From: Pseudomonadota bacterium
GTDB taxonomy: Bacteria > Myxococcota > JACRCW01 > JAFGSX01
DNA: 64,000 nt
Assembly: GCA_043821645.1 (NCBI GenBank)
Contig: JBDRCO010000003.1
Coordinates: forward strand, 1-64,000
Direction of reading: 5' to 3'
In this document: positions 17,473 through 30,359 of the stretch, in pieces
Position numbering within the stretch: position 1 is the first letter of the stretch
How the letters are laid out: the number at the start of each line of letters is the position of its first letter
Made by a program: the position numbers and the translations under genes
The notes under the pieces: model-generated
What the model was told of the DNA's origin: nothing
The model's database searches: none
Seen by the model: only the letters and a program-made list of their open reading frames with translations

Positions 17473-18516
17473 TCAGGGCCCATCCGTCGGCGGCCGAAAC
17501 CGCACCTGGTCGACGAGGCCAGGCGACAGCTGCACCCGGTTCTGGTCATCGACCACGATGGCCTCGATGCCACTGAGGCGCCCGACCAGCTCGAGGCCAG
17601 CCTCTGGCCCCAGCACAAACACCGCATGGGCCAGGGCCGAAGCCAGCTCGGCGTTGCTGGCCACCACCGTGGCGCTCCGGGTGGAGCGTGCAGGCACGCC
17701 GCTGCGGGGATCGATCACACCGTGAAAGCGCACGCCGGCGCGGAAGAAGAAGCGCTCGTAGTCCGAGGCTGTGGCCACGGCGCCGTCGCTGGCGGAGAAG
17801 GCGGCGAAGTAGCCAGCGGCGCGCGGATCCTGCACCCCGACCATCCACGGCTGCTCCGCCTTCTGTCCGCGCACCACCAGGTCGCCTCCGCTGCGCAGCA
17901 CGAAGCTGTCGAGGCCGGCGTCGAGCAGAGCCTGGGTCGCGCGCTCGAGGGCTGCCCCGCGACGCAGCGAGCCAAGTCCTATCCGCTTGCCCGGGGCGAG
18001 GGTCGCGATGTGCTGCACGGCGTCGAGCTTGAGAGCGCGGTAGTCCACCTGGTCGAGGGCCGTCTTGACGGCCACGGGATCCGGCACCAGCCCGCCGCTC
18101 CCGAAACCCCACAGCTCGACCACGGACGCCGCCGTCGGGTCGTAGGCGCCACTGGACAGGCGAGCCACGCGCAAGGCCTCGGCCAGGCTGTCGAACACGT
18201 CAGGGGACAGCACCACGGGCTTGCCGTCCGAGTGCGACAGGCGATACAGCTCGCTCCCCGCGCTGTTCTCGTCGAGGCGTTGCAGGGTGCGGGTCATGGC
18301 CTCCCGCGCCCTCTGGGCCGCGGTCACCGCCTGGTCACGGTTACTGGTGAACACCAAAAGCTCGGCGTCGAGCCCGGCACTGCTCCAGTAGAAATGCTCG
18401 ACCCGAGCCACGACCTCGGTGGTCGCGTCCTCGGCACCTCCATCGATGGCAGGAGTGGCGGGTCCCGAGGCAGTGGCGAGCAGGAGGCCGAAGCCCAGCA
18501 CAGCAGACGTGTTCAT
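17473..18516 (-). CDS. apbE: FAD:protein FMN transferase (ApbE family)
   Basis: SELYRLS, SSGAYDPT, GGDL, WMVGVQDPR, AVATASDYERFF, HGVIDPRSG. Several motifs are divergent. Confidence 0.88.
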   Translation of the reverse strand: MNTSAVLGFGLLLATASGPATPAIDGGAEDATTEVVARVEHFYWSSAGLDAELLVFTSNRDQAVTAAQRAREAMTRTLQRLDENSAGSELYRLSHSDGKPVVLSPDVFDSLAEALRVARLSSGAYDPTAASVVELWGFGSGGLVPDPVAVKTALDQVDYRALKLDAVQHIATLAPGKRIGLGSLRRGAALERATQALLDAGLDSFVLRSGGDLVVRGQKAEQPWMVGVQDPRAAGYFAAFSASDGAVATASDYERFFFRAGVRFHGVIDPRSGVPARSTRSATVVASNAELASALAHAVFVLGPEAGLELVGRLSGIEAIVVDDQNRVQLSPGLVDQVRFRPPTDGP

Positions 18517-18717
18517 GGTTCCGCTGCGTAGCACGGGCCCGAGGTCGACGACAAGCGCGACTCTGTCCCCGTCTCTCGCGGGGGTGCGCTGCGATTGCCC
18601 GGCCTGCGGGTGCGTGCTAGCGTCCAGGCGCTTCGTTCGACGACACGCGTCCGACCACACCGAGCCGAAGACCGTGCCGCGCGCGGTCCGAGCGGCCCAA
18701 CCGGAGGGAGCCATCCC

Positions 18718-20775
<2,058 letters not shown>

Positions 20776-20826
20776 GGCCCGAACCGAGCACGACGTCGCT
20801 GTTGCCGGCGTCGACGAGGCACATTC

Positions 20827-21933
20827 ATGGCCCAGCGTATTGACGCCGACCACGCCCGCTTCAAGGACATCGTGCGCGGGCGCATCAAGCAGAACCTCAA
20901 GAAGTACATCCAGAAGGGTGAACTGATCGGCCGTCGCGGCAAGGACACCATCACCATCCCGGTGCCGCACATCGACATCCCCAACTTCCGCTTCGGTGAG
21001 CGCCAGAAGGGCGGGGTGGGGCAGGGCGAGGGCGAGGAGGGGCAGGCCCTCTCCCCCGAGGATGGCGACGAGCAGGGCCAGGGCAAGGCCGGCGATCAGG
21101 AAGGCAAGCACATCCTCGAGACCGAGGTCACCCTCGACGAGCTCGCCGACATGCTGGGCGAGGAACTCGAGCTGCCTCGCATCGAGCCCCGCGGCCACAA
21201 GCTGGTGTCGGATCGCATCCGCTACATCGGCGTTTCCCCGACCGGTCCCGAGTCGCTTCGCCACTTCAAGCGAACCTACAAGCAAGCCCTGCGGCGCAGC
21301 ATCGCCAGCGGGATCTACGACCCCAAGCGGCCCATCGTGGTGCCGGTGCGCGAGGACAAGCGCTATCGCACCTGGAAGCAGGAGCAGCACCCCGAGTCCA
21401 ACGCGGTCATCGTGTACATGATGGACGTGTCCGGTTCGATGGGGGAGGAGCAAAAGGAGATCGTGCGCATCGAGAGCTTCTGGATCGATACCTGGCTCCG
21501 GCGCAACTACAAGGGCATCGAGAATCGCTACATCATCCACGACGCCACGGCCCGCGAGGTCGACCGCGAGACCTTCTTTCACACGCGAGAATCGGGTGGC
21601 ACCATGATCTCCAGCGCCTACAAGCTGTGCGCGGACATCATCGCGTCCGAGTACCCGTCGAGCGAGTGGAACATCTATCCTTTCCACTTCTCCGATGGCG
21701 ACAACTGGAGCGCCGACGACACGCGGCAGTGCCTGGAGCTGATGCGGGATCAGCTGCTGCCGGTGAGCAACCAGTTCTCCTACGGCCAGGTCGAGAGCCC
21801 GTATGGCTCGGGGCAGTTCATCAAGGACCTGCGCGAGGCCTTTCACGAAACCGAGAGTGTGGTGCTGTCCGAGATCAAGGACAAGGAAGGCATCTACGGC
21901 TCGATCAAGGACTTCCTGAGCCACGGGAAGTAG
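20827..21933 (+). CDS. yeaH: YeaH/YhbH (DUF444) vWA protein
   Basis: [34 protein letters not shown]. Confidence 0.95.
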   Translation: MAQRIDADHARFKDIVRGRIKQNLKKYIQKGELIGRRGKDTITIPVPHIDIPNFRFGERQKGGVGQGEGEEGQALSPEDGDEQGQGKAGDQEGKHILETEVTLDELADMLGEELELPRIEPRGHKLVSDRIRYIGVSPTGPESLRHFKRTYKQALRRSIASGIYDPKRPIVVPVREDKRYRTWKQEQHPESNAVIVYMMDVSGSMGEEQKEIVRIESFWIDTWLRRNYKGIENRYIIHDATAREVDRETFFHTRESGGTMISSAYKLCADIIASEYPSSEWNIYPFHFSDGDNWSADDTRQCLELMRDQLLPVSNQFSYGQVESPYGSGQFIKDLREAFHETESVVLSEIKDKEGIYGSIKDFLSHGK

Positions 21934-21946
21934 CGAGGCATCCCAG

Positions 21947-23557
21947 GTGCAACCAAGCCGACGCCATCTCTCGCGCGAGCTCAGCGATCTGCAGCAGGAG
22001 ATCGTGGGCTACGCCCGCGAGTTCAAGCTCGATTTCTTCGACGTCATGTTCGAGGTGCTCGACTACGAGGAGATCAACATGGTCGCCTCGTACGGAGGCT
22101 TTCCGGTGCGCTACCCGCACTGGAAGTGGGGCATGGAGTACGAGCGCATGCAGAAGTCGTACACCTACGGCCTGCACCGCATCTACGAGATGGTCATCAA
22201 CAACGACCCCTGCTACGCCTACCTGCTCGAGTCCAACACCTTCGTCGACCAGAAGATCGTGATGGCGCACGTCTACGCGCACTGCGACTTCTTCAAGAAT
22301 AACTTCACCTTTGCCCACACCAATCGCAAGATGATGGACGAGATGGCCAACCATGCCACCCGCATCCGTCGCTACATCGACCGGCTGGGTGTGGAGCGCG
22401 TCGAGGCTTTCATCGACTGCTGCCTGTCCCTCGACAATCTCATCGACTACTACTCGCCCTACATTGCCCGCAAAGCAGCGCCGACACCCTCCGGAGAACG
22501 GCGGCGCACCCGAGAGCAGGAGCTGGCCGAGCAGGACAAGGAGCGGGTCCTCGAACTGGCGCACAACGACAGGGATGGTGAGAGCGACTCCTCGAACAGC
22601 GCCTACGATGGCGTGCGCGGCGAGGTGCACCGGCTGCCCACGCACCGCGAGTACATGGAGTCCTACATCAACCCGCCGGCCTACATCGAGGAGCAGCGCC
22701 AGCGGGCGCGCGAGAAGGCCAAGGAACGCCGCAAGACGCCTCCCGAGCCCGAGCGCGACGTCATGGGCTTCTTGCTCGAGCACGCGCCGCTGCAGCGCTG
22801 GCAGCACGACATCCTGGGCATGCTGCGCGAGGAGGCCTACTACTTTGCACCCCAGGGCATGACCAAGATCATGAACGAGGGCTGGGCCAGCTACTGGCAC
22901 TCCAAGATCATGACCGAGCGCGCCCTGGGCCCGTCCGAGTTCATCGACTTCGCGGATCACCACTCGGGCGTGGTGGCCACCAGCGGCATGAGGCTCAATC
23001 CCTACAAGCTGGGCATCGAGCTGTACCGCGACATCGAGGACCGCTGGAACCGCGGCCGCTTCGGCAAGGAGTACGATGACTGCGAGGACCTCGCCGAGCG
23101 CCGGCGCTGGGACACCGGTGCGGGACTCGGCCGCGAGAAGATCTTCCAGGTGCGCAAGATCTACAACGACATCACCTTCATCGACGAGTTCTTGACCCTG
23201 GATTTCTGCCGCGAGCACAAGCTGTTCTCGTTTGGTTACAACCCCAAGCACAACCGCTGGGAGATCGAGAGCCGCAAGTTCGAGGCGATCAAGACGCAGC
23301 TGCTCAACTCGCTGACCAACCTCGGGCAACCCTACATTGCCGTCGAGGACGCCAACTTCGAGAACCGCGCCGAGCTGCTGCTCTTGCACCGCCACGAGGG
23401 CGCTGACCTCGATCCCAACTACGCCACCGAGACCCTGAAGAACCTGCTCACGCTGTGGAGCCGACCGGTCAACATCCGCACCCTGGTCGAGGGCAAGCCC
23501 GTGCTGCTGCGCTTTGATGGCAAGGAATATTCGGAGAAGCCGCTCGAGACAGAGTGA
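21947..23557 (+). CDS. spoVR: SpoVR/YcgB family protein
   Basis: [51 protein letters not shown]. Confidence 0.95.
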   Translation: MQPSRRHLSRELSDLQQEIVGYAREFKLDFFDVMFEVLDYEEINMVASYGGFPVRYPHWKWGMEYERMQKSYTYGLHRIYEMVINNDPCYAYLLESNTFVDQKIVMAHVYAHCDFFKNNFTFAHTNRKMMDEMANHATRIRRYIDRLGVERVEAFIDCCLSLDNLIDYYSPYIARKAAPTPSGERRRTREQELAEQDKERVLELAHNDRDGESDSSNSAYDGVRGEVHRLPTHREYMESYINPPAYIEEQRQRAREKAKERRKTPPEPERDVMGFLLEHAPLQRWQHDILGMLREEAYYFAPQGMTKIMNEGWASYWHSKIMTERALGPSEFIDFADHHSGVVATSGMRLNPYKLGIELYRDIEDRWNRGRFGKEYDDCEDLAERRRWDTGAGLGREKIFQVRKIYNDITFIDEFLTLDFCREHKLFSFGYNPKHNRWEIESRKFEAIKTQLLNSLTNLGQPYIAVEDANFENRAELLLLHRHEGADLDPNYATETLKNLLTLWSRPVNIRTLVEGKPVLLRFDGKEYSEKPLETE

Positions 23558-23559
23558 GC

Positions 23560-23597
23560 GTTCCGGGTTCCCGGTTCCGAGTTCCCAGTTCTCGGTT
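23560..23597 (+). repeat. Heptamer tandem repeat (GTTCCNN)x5 directly after the spoVR stop
   Basis: gttccgg gttcccg gttccga gttccca gttctcg gtt. Confidence 0.88.
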
Positions 23598-23664
23598 GAG
23601 GACCCATCCTGGTGGCAAGCGGTCGCCGGTGCACCCGAGCCGCGACAGAGTCCCCTGGCCACCC

Positions 23665-23698
23665 AAAAAAACGAAGGCCCCCACCAGGGGGGCCTTCG
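23665..23698 (-). terminator. Rho-independent terminator of the Cys-rich lipoprotein gene
   Basis: 11-bp stem CGAAGGCCCCC/GGGGGCCTTCG with an A7 run on its left, which is a U-tract on the minus strand. Confidence 0.85.
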
Positions 23699-23727
23699 CG
23701 GGCTCAATTCAGAACCGGGGAGTCAGA

Positions 23728-24897
23728 TCACGGAACGTCGATGTCGACGCACACACGGTTGGACTGGCCATCACCCGCAGGCGGATGGTTGTCGGTCGCG
23801 TTGCTCGAACCGTCGTTGTCGTGCGTGAATGCGCGGGTGAGGGTGCCCGAGCTCTGGAAGCACAGATCAGTGAAGATGAAGGTGTAACCGCCCGAGGACG
23901 TGCTGGTGACGTAGTAGGTCTTGGCCCAGGCGTTGCTGCTGTTGAGGAAATAGGTGTTGTTGTAGGGGGAGCTGTTCACGGTGCCATCGGCAGTCAGCGT
24001 GACCTCCATCAAGGTGTCGCCGTCGCTGATGCAGCTGCCCGGGTCACCGGTGGTCAGCTCCTCGATGTCCACCGAGGGGTCATCGACGTAGATGATCGCG
24101 CCGCTGGTGGTCATGGTGCCCGGGGCGCCGCAGGTGTTGGTAGCATCGTCAGGATCGACGCACAGGTTGAGCGTCTCGCCGGTGGCCAGGTCGCACAGCA
24201 TGCTGTCGGCCAGGCAGTCGTCGTTGAGGCAGCTGCCGGGGTTGGCCAGGCACAGGCCGGTGTCGGCGAAGCGCGCGTCGTCGCAGTAGTTGCCCGTGGT
24301 GCAGCCACCGGCGGTGCAGCGGTCGACGCAGAAGCCACTCGAGGTGTTGCACACCTGGGTGCCGCAGGAGCCGGCGGTGCACTTCTCGATGCAGGTACCG
24401 GCCGTGGCCGAGCCCGTGCGATCGTCGCACACCGTGGTGCCCGTGCAGTTGGCGGGGGTGGGCCGGCAGTCGTCGGCGGGCAGCAGGCAGAACATGGTGC
24501 CGGTCGAGTCCTGGCAGGTCCGGTTCTGATCCGAGGGGTACTCGGAGCAGTCCGTGTCACCCGTGCAGGGCACGTCGCAGGCGCGGTCGTAGGGGTTGCA
24601 CTTCTCACCCTCGGGGCAGGTGTCGTTGGCGGGGTCGCAGATGCACACGCCGTTGAAGAGCAGGCCGTCGATGTCGTTCTCGGAGCAGGAGGTTCCGGTC
24701 TCGGTGTCGCAGGCGCCGTCCACCTTCTTGCAGTTGGGCACGCAGACCTTGAGGGTCGGGTGGCAATGCTCGTCGGTGGTGCAGTCGGTCTCGGCGCTGC
24801 AGTCGTTGCCCGCCGGAGGCGTGCAGTTGCCGGCCATCAAGGGCAAGGTCAGCAGGGCGGTTCCAAAGACACTGAGAAGAAGTTTACGCGTCGACAT
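23728..24897 (-). CDS. Cys-rich lipoprotein
   Basis: MSTRKLLLSVFGTALLTLPLMAGNC lipoprotein signal; many short Cys modules; AGGAGG SD. Confidence 0.8.
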   Translation of the reverse strand: MSTRKLLLSVFGTALLTLPLMAGNCTPPAGNDCSAETDCTTDEHCHPTLKVCVPNCKKVDGACDTETGTSCSENDIDGLLFNGVCICDPANDTCPEGEKCNPYDRACDVPCTGDTDCSEYPSDQNRTCQDSTGTMFCLLPADDCRPTPANCTGTTVCDDRTGSATAGTCIEKCTAGSCGTQVCNTSSGFCVDRCTAGGCTTGNYCDDARFADTGLCLANPGSCLNDDCLADSMLCDLATGETLNLCVDPDDATNTCGAPGTMTTSGAIIYVDDPSVDIEELTTGDPGSCISDGDTLMEVTLTADGTVNSSPYNNTYFLNSSNAWAKTYYVTSTSSGGYTFIFTDLCFQSSGTLTRAFTHDNDGSSNATDNHPPAGDGQSNRVCVDIDVP

Positions 24898-25300
24898 TCG
24901 ATGCCCTCCTATTTTTTGAGCTTCATGCTCTGTTAGGGTGGGTTTCCGTTCAACCTGGAGCCAGAAACGGCGCCACGCTATACGCAAGTCTGTCCCCTTG
25001 TAAAGTCCTGTTGGGTCCAATGTGGGGACTGTGCAATACCCGTTCCTGTGCCGCGAGGTGGCGTGAGAGCCCGACCTGAAAGGCTATTTCTTCCCTCGCC
25101 GGGCGAGAGCCCGGGCTGACTCCGGGCGCCTCTGTCAAGGACTGTGGCGAATATGCAACAGATGCCGCCCATATAACACGCGGGCTCGAAAGCGCAGCTT
25201 GTGAGCAGCGCTGGTGGTCGAATAATGCCCTGCGCGCCGCGTCTCGAATGTGGAGGAAAACAGCGGTCAGGCTCGCAGGCCTTGTACTAGGATGTGCGCG

Positions 25301-25777
25301 ATGCGTGTGCTGTCGGACATGCGGGGCTGGGTCGAAGCTCTCGTGCTGAGCGTTGGCGCCCAGCTGCGCGAGGGTACCGAGGGGCGCCAGGCCCTGGCCA
25401 CCTGGCTCGGGCCCCAGGGCTGGCTGGCTCTCCCTTTGGATGTGGCCGACAAGCTCGCCCAGTTCGAGCGCTGCACCGCCTGCGAGGCTTGCAATACCGT
25501 GTGCCCGCTGCTGGCGAGTTCGTCTCTGGTGACCTTTGGTGGGCCCATGGACCTGGCGCTGCGCTGGGGGCGGCGCGGGCAGAACCTGGCGCCCGCTCGG
25601 CGCTACCTCGACGTGTTCAGCCGCTGCGGGGCGTGCAGGCAGTGCGAGCAGGAATGCCCGCAGCAGATTCCCCTGCGCAGCCTGGCCGAGCAGCTGCGCC
25701 AGGTGCTGGATGACAACGGAGTGCGGCCGGCGTGGCCGGTGCCCTCCAAGACCGAGGGGTCGCAAGATCCCGGCTGA
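25301..25777 (+). CDS. 4Fe-4S dicluster protein
   Basis: CTACEACNTVCP and CGACRQCEQECP. Start codon uncertain. Confidence 0.75.
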   Translation: MRVLSDMRGWVEALVLSVGAQLREGTEGRQALATWLGPQGWLALPLDVADKLAQFERCTACEACNTVCPLLASSSLVTFGGPMDLALRWGRRGQNLAPARRYLDVFSRCGACRQCEQECPQQIPLRSLAEQLRQVLDDNGVRPAWPVPSKTEGSQDPG

Positions 25778-25786
25778 GGACATGCC

Positions 25787-26497
25787 ATGCGCAGGATCCT
25801 ACTTGGCAGTCTCGCTTCCATTCTCCTCGTCACCAGTGCCCGAGGTGCCGAGGAGGGTTGGATCAAGCAGAGCGATGAGGGGGGTGTCACCATCTACAAC
25901 CGCGAGAAGACCGGCTCGGCCATCAAGGAGGTCAAGGCCATTGGCGTCATCAACGCACCGCCCCACGCCTGCTTCAACGTCGTCCTCGACATGGCTCATT
26001 TCAAGGACTTCATGCCTTACACCAAGCGAAGCGATATCGTCGGCCAGGAGGGCGAGCGCGTGCTTTACAGCTACCAGCACCTGGCACTCCCGCTCATCAG
26101 CGACCGGGATTACACGCTGAAGGTCGTGGATGTGACGCCACAGGCCGCACCCGGGCAAGAGCCGGCCTACTACAAGAAGACCTGGACCCAGGCCAATGCG
26201 CGCGGACCGAAGCCCAGGGATGGCGTCGAACGCGTCGAGGTCAATGATGGTTTCTGGCGCTTCGACCCCATCGACGGAGGCACGCGCACGCGGGCGACGT
26301 ATTATGTCTTCACCGACCCCGGGGGCATGATTCCCTCGTGGGTTGCCAACCAGGCCAACACCCAGGCCATCCCGAACCTGTTCAAGGCGCTGGGGACCCA
26401 GAGCCAGAAGCCTGCCTACCAGACCCGTCGCCACGTCGCGCCAGCAGCGCCAGCCGCACCGGCGAGTGCGCCCTTTGCACCCCAGGGCGGTGGTTGA
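25787..26497 (+). CDS. Exported START/SRPBCC lipid-binding domain protein
   Basis: Signal peptide; LPLISDRDY, GFWRFDP, TDPGGMIPSWVAN. Confidence 0.88.
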   Translation: MRRILLGSLASILLVTSARGAEEGWIKQSDEGGVTIYNREKTGSAIKEVKAIGVINAPPHACFNVVLDMAHFKDFMPYTKRSDIVGQEGERVLYSYQHLALPLISDRDYTLKVVDVTPQAAPGQEPAYYKKTWTQANARGPKPRDGVERVEVNDGFWRFDPIDGGTRTRATYYVFTDPGGMIPSWVANQANTQAIPNLFKALGTQSQKPAYQTRRHVAPAAPAAPASAPFAPQGGG

Positions 26498-26558
26498 CAC
26501 GGCTTCGACACGCGAGCTACAAGCAGCCAGGTCCTAATCATCCGCGACGAGGACGACC

Positions 26559-27698
26559 ATGATCACGTGCCCGAACTGTGGCCGCGAGAACGCTGACAAC
26601 TTCAACTTCTGCCTGGACTGCGGGACCGAGCTCGGTGCGGCTGCGACGCCTCCTCCGGCTGCGCCCCCACCGGCCGCACCTCCCCCGGCCGCGAGCAAAG
26701 CGCCCGTGGCACCCGCCGCCAGTCCATCGCCGACGGCGTCGCGACCGGCTCCAGCACCCGTTCCGCCGTCTGCTCCGACCGGCCCCATGGTCCCCGCCGC
26801 GGCGGCGCCATCGAAGCCCGCCGTGGCCGCGCCTCCTGGGCCCACGGCGGCAGGCGCCACGGGTCAGATGGGCGCTGCTGCTGGCGCCAGCCCTTGCCCC
26901 AAGTGCTCCACGCCCAACGCCGCAGGCATGAAGTTCTGCGGCAACTGCGGGCACAGGCTGGATGGTTCGGCGCCGACAGGCACCACCGAGGCGGCGGGTG
27001 GCGGCAAGACCATGTTCATGCACGCCGCGGACATGAGCGCGCTGTCCCAGCCCAAGGCACGCCTCATCACCATCGACCAGCATGGCAAGGAGGGGATGAC
27101 CTTCAACCTCAGTGCCAAGGAGACCGTCTGCGGTCGCACCAACGGCACCATCCTGTTCTTCGACGATCCCTACGTCTCTCCCACGCACTGCGTGTTCATC
27201 TTCGAGAAGGGGCGCCTGGCCGTCGTCGACAAGAGCAGCCTCAATGGCGTGTACATGCGGGTGCGTGCGGACTGGCCGCTCGCCGACGGCGACATGGTGC
27301 GCGTGGGACGCCAGCTGTTCAAGCTGGAGACCGAGCTGGTGGGTGGCGAGAAGCTGCTGGTGGCCAATCCTGACGACGACGCAAAGGTGTGGGGAAGTCC
27401 GGACCCGGGTTCGTGGAGTCGCCTGGTACAGGTGCTCGACAACGGACAGGCCGGAGAGGTTCACCTGCTTCGCGGCGAGGAGTGTCGCATCGGTCGCGAG
27501 GTGGGCGACATCATCCTGCACGGCGATGGCTTCGTCTCGGCGAGCCACTGCGCTCTCACGGCGCAGGGTGCACGGGTGGTGCTGCGTGACCTGGGGAGCT
27601 CCAACGGCACCTACGTGCGCCTGCGGGAAGCTCGCGAGCTGACCAACGATGATTTCGTGCTCATCGGCAACCAGATGCTTCGGGTTGAGCTGCGCTGA
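26559..27698 (+). CDS. Double zinc-ribbon + tandem FHA domain protein
   Basis: CPNC..FCLDCG and CPKC..FCGNCG; FHA motifs GR..SPTH..SLNG and IGR..SASH..SSNGT. Confidence 0.92.
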   Translation: MITCPNCGRENADNFNFCLDCGTELGAAATPPPAAPPPAAPPPAASKAPVAPAASPSPTASRPAPAPVPPSAPTGPMVPAAAAPSKPAVAAPPGPTAAGATGQMGAAAGASPCPKCSTPNAAGMKFCGNCGHRLDGSAPTGTTEAAGGGKTMFMHAADMSALSQPKARLITIDQHGKEGMTFNLSAKETVCGRTNGTILFFDDPYVSPTHCVFIFEKGRLAVVDKSSLNGVYMRVRADWPLADGDMVRVGRQLFKLETELVGGEKLLVANPDDDAKVWGSPDPGSWSRLVQVLDNGQAGEVHLLRGEECRIGREVGDIILHGDGFVSASHCALTAQGARVVLRDLGSSNGTYVRLREARELTNDDFVLIGNQMLRVELR

Positions 27699-27704
27699 TT
27701 TTCT

Positions 27705-27860
27705 AAAGGGGGCGTCGGGCGCCAGTCTGACACAGGGGCGGTCGGCCCGCCCCTCGCCGACGGGAGTGAATCCCGTCAGCTTCACCCCGGCAGCACTGGG
27801 CGGGCGCAGGTCCCGCCGGCATTAACCCTGCCAGCACAGTTCCGGTTCTTCTCGCTGCCA
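27705..27860. ncRNA. Candidate structured intergenic RNA, family unknown
   Basis: Consecutive stems AGGGGCGG/CCGCCCCT, GACGGGA/TCCCGTC, GGCGGG/CCCGCC and GGCA/TGCC, the last two enclosed by ACTG/CAGT and CCGG/CCGG. Confidence 0.3.
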
Positions 27861-27904
27861 CGATATTTTTCAGCTTTTTCCGTCGTGGGGGCTGTCGGGA
27901 CTGC

Positions 27905-27934
27905 TTGACCCGGAGTCGGCATGTTCGCTATGGT
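27905..27934 (+). promoter_or_regulatory. Putative sigma70 promoter of dksA
   Basis: TTGACC-N18-TATGGT. Confidence 0.45.
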
Positions 27935-27985
27935 GTTCAGCCCTCTAGCGGGTGATCCACAGCACGAGGATGACGGGGCGAGGCC

Positions 27986-28351
27986 ATGGTCAACAAGCGA
28001 GATCTCAAGCGGTTCAATGACCTTCTCAGCAAGCAGCGCGATGAGGTGCTGGTCAATGCTCGCCGGACGCGCAGCGAGGAAGCTGTGTTTGACAAGGACG
28101 ATCTGCCCGACGAGTTCGACCTGGCCAGCTCCGAGTATGCGCAGTCGCTGACCTTTCGCCTACGCGATCGCGAAAAGTGGTTGCTCGGCAAGATCGACAA
28201 GGCGCTCAAGAAGATCGAGGCCGGTGACTTTGGCGTGTGCGAGGAGTGCGGCGAGGAGATCTCTATCAAGCGCCTCGAGGCTCGCCCCGTGACCACCCTG
28301 TGCATCCGCTGCAAGGAGGAACAGGAGAAGGTCGAGAAAAGCTTCAGCTAG
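27986..28351 (+). CDS. dksA: DksA/TraR C4 zinc-finger transcription factor
   Basis: PDEFDLAS, RDRE..KIDKAL, FGVCEECGEEI..RLEARP..LCIRCK. Confidence 0.93.
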   Translation: MVNKRDLKRFNDLLSKQRDEVLVNARRTRSEEAVFDKDDLPDEFDLASSEYAQSLTFRLRDREKWLLGKIDKALKKIEAGDFGVCEECGEEISIKRLEARPVTTLCIRCKEEQEKVEKSFS

Positions 28352-28362
28352 GCCCGCGCTTC

Positions 28363-28384
28363 GTTCCGTTCCACGTTCCACGTT
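28363..28384 (+). repeat. Short (GTTCCAC) tandem repeat after the dksA stop
   Basis: gttcc gttccac gttccac gtt. Confidence 0.6.
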
Positions 28385-28519
28385 GGAGACAGCATCGTGG
28401 GTCGCTCTGCGCCCGGCCAGAGACTGCATCCGCCCCGCTTGTCGCCTTGCCCGCCGTCGCCATGACGCACACGAGCGCCTGAATCGCTCGCCCAACAACC
28501 GCTGACTGCCCGCTGAGAG

Positions 28520-28553
28520 AGGAACCGGGAACTGGGAACCAGGAACCTGAACC
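28520..28553 (-). repeat. Heptamer tandem repeat (GTTCCNN)x4-5 after the stop of the 28557-29567 gene
   Basis: Plus strand: aggaacc gggaact gggaacc aggaacc tgaacc. Confidence 0.85.
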
Positions 28554-28556
28554 GAG

Positions 28557-29567
28557 CTACTCGACCGCCGTCGCCTCGACCACATTGGTGTAGTCCTCAT
28601 AGCGCCCCGGGATGTCGGCCAGGTTGTACAGCGCGCCGGCCGTGACCGCCGCCACCACCGCGGCGAAGCCCGCGCCGAGCGAGGCGAAGCTTTCGAGGCG
28701 GCCGCGAGACTCGAGGTCGCGATAACGGGACACCGCGGGGTCGAACTCGTTGTGGACGGTGACGCTGGACCCAGAGACCACAAAGGCCTGGGGATTGGCC
28801 TGGGCCAGGTCCTGTGCCTCACCGTTGGTCAGGCCCGTCTGCACTGCCAGCAGGATGCCCGTGGCCGCGCCGACGATGGCCACCGCAGACGCGGAAGCAA
28901 AGGCGCCCGCGAGAACCCCATTCTTCTCGAGATAGGCCCGGCGTGCGTCGACGTCGGGGACCACGGTCAGCCACAGGTCCTCGGCGGTTCCTCCGACGCT
29001 GGCGGCGAGGCGCTCGCGATCGGAATGCGAGGTGACGAACACCCGTCCGCTGCACGGTGCCTCGGCCAGGGCACCCTCGCGTCCGCTGGCGGACCACAGG
29101 GCGTCGCGGCCGAGACACTCGCCAGCCAGCTCCATGTCGAGCTCGTCGCCCCGCGCCGGGAACAGCCGAACATCGCGCACACCAAACAGCTCGGCGCTCT
29201 CGGCGTCGACCACCTTGAGCTGCACCAGGTAGCCGTCGCCGGTCCGCTCCAGCACGCCGGTCAAGGTCTGCCCGGCACCGGTCTTCTGGGCGGCACTGGC
29301 CAGGCAGCTCGCAGAGATGCGAGCGGGGCATCGCGCCACGAGGTCACCGGGGGTCACCGCAGCCAGGTCCGCATCGAGCAGAGCGGCGCTTCCGCTCTCG
29401 CGCTCGACAGCACGCCCCAGCCCGCGGGTGAAGGCCTCGAGGGCCGGCCGGGCGTCCTTGCCCGCCCGGGGAGTGAGGATCAGCGTCTGCGAGGGAGCCT
29501 CTTCCTCGGCCACGGCCAGCCCGGGGACCAGCAACATACACAGCGATGTCACGACGAGAGATCGCAT
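28557..29567 (-). CDS. Exported hypothetical protein with two C-terminal hydrophobic segments
   Basis: Signal peptide (..PGLAVA-EEE); C..SCLASAAQKTGA..TGVLERTGDGYLVQLKVVD domain; Ala-rich helices. Confidence 0.65.
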   Translation of the reverse strand: MRSLVVTSLCMLLVPGLAVAEEEAPSQTLILTPRAGKDARPALEAFTRGLGRAVERESGSAALLDADLAAVTPGDLVARCPARISASCLASAAQKTGAGQTLTGVLERTGDGYLVQLKVVDAESAELFGVRDVRLFPARGDELDMELAGECLGRDALWSASGREGALAEAPCSGRVFVTSHSDRERLAASVGGTAEDLWLTVVPDVDARRAYLEKNGVLAGAFASASAVAIVGAATGILLAVQTGLTNGEAQDLAQANPQAFVVSGSSVTVHNEFDPAVSRYRDLESRGRLESFASLGAGFAAVVAAVTAGALYNLADIPGRYEDYTNVVEATAVE

Positions 29568-29663
29568 CCTGCACCTCTTTCATCGGGGGTCAGATCTCTG
29601 GTTGCCGCGGGCGGATGCCCTGCCCGCGCCCATGGCCTCCGGGTCGGGGACGATAGCACAGAG

Positions 29664-30359
29664 TCAAGGAGAGGAAAGCACAGCCGGGTCCACCTCGCCG
29701 ATCTTGCCCTCGTTCATCACCAGTTTGCGCGGCATCTGAGCGGCGAGTCGCGTGTTGTGCGTCACCACCACTGCGGTGACCTGGCGCTCCTGGTTGATGC
29801 GAAAGAGCAGTTCGTGGATCTCGTCGCTGGTGTGCTCGTCGAGGTTGCCCGTGGGCTCGTCGGCAAGGAGCAGGGCAGGCTGCAGCACGAGGGCACGGGC
29901 CAGGGCCACACGCTGCTGTTCACCGCCGGAGAGCTCCCCGGGCCGATGCCGCACACGGTGACCGAGGCCGACCAGGTCCAGCACTTCGCGCGCGGCGTCG
30001 GTGGCACGCTGGCGCGACCAGCGCTGTGCCAGCGCGGGCATCATCACGTTCTCGAGACCACTGAACTCACTGAGCAGGTGGTGAAACTGGAACACGAAGC
30101 CGACCTGCCGGTTGCGAAAGCTCGCGATCTCCGGCGGCTCGAGGGAAAAGACCTGGATTCCATCGAAGCTGACCTGGCCACTGGTGGGCTCGTCGAGCGT
30201 CCCCAGGACGTGCAGGAAGGTGCTCTTGCCAACCCCGGACGGGCCGGTGAGCGACATCATGTCGCCCTGGCGAATGTCGAGGTCGAAGCCGCGCAGCACC
30301 GAGATGGTGCGGCCGTCGATGTCGTAGCTCTTGTGGAGGCCGCGGATGGTGATGTCCAT
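29664..30359 (-). CDS. lolD: Lipoprotein-releasing ABC ATPase
   Basis: [38 protein letters not shown]. Confidence 0.93.
   Translation of the reverse strand: MDITIRGLHKSYDIDGRTISVLRGFDLDIRQGDMMSLTGPSGVGKSTFLHVLGTLDEPTSGQVSFDGIQVFSLEPPEIASFRNRQVGFVFQFHHLLSEFSGLENVMMPALAQRWSRQRATDAAREVLDLVGLGHRVRHRPGELSGGEQQRVALARALVLQPALLLADEPTGNLDEHTSDEIHELLFRINQERQVTAVVVTHNTRLAAQMPRKLVMNEGKIGEVDPAVLSSP

Noticed and set aside
27760-27845. tRNA on the minus strand (D-loop-like GGTTAA, T-loop-like GGATTCACTCCC)
   Set aside because: No 7-bp acceptor stem, no CCA end and no canonical TTC loop; kept only as an unknown structured RNA candidate.
28368-28390. parS-like GTTCCACGT sequence
   Set aside because: The second half (TGGAGAC) breaks the GTTCCACGTGGAAC palindrome; it fits the heptamer repeat family better.
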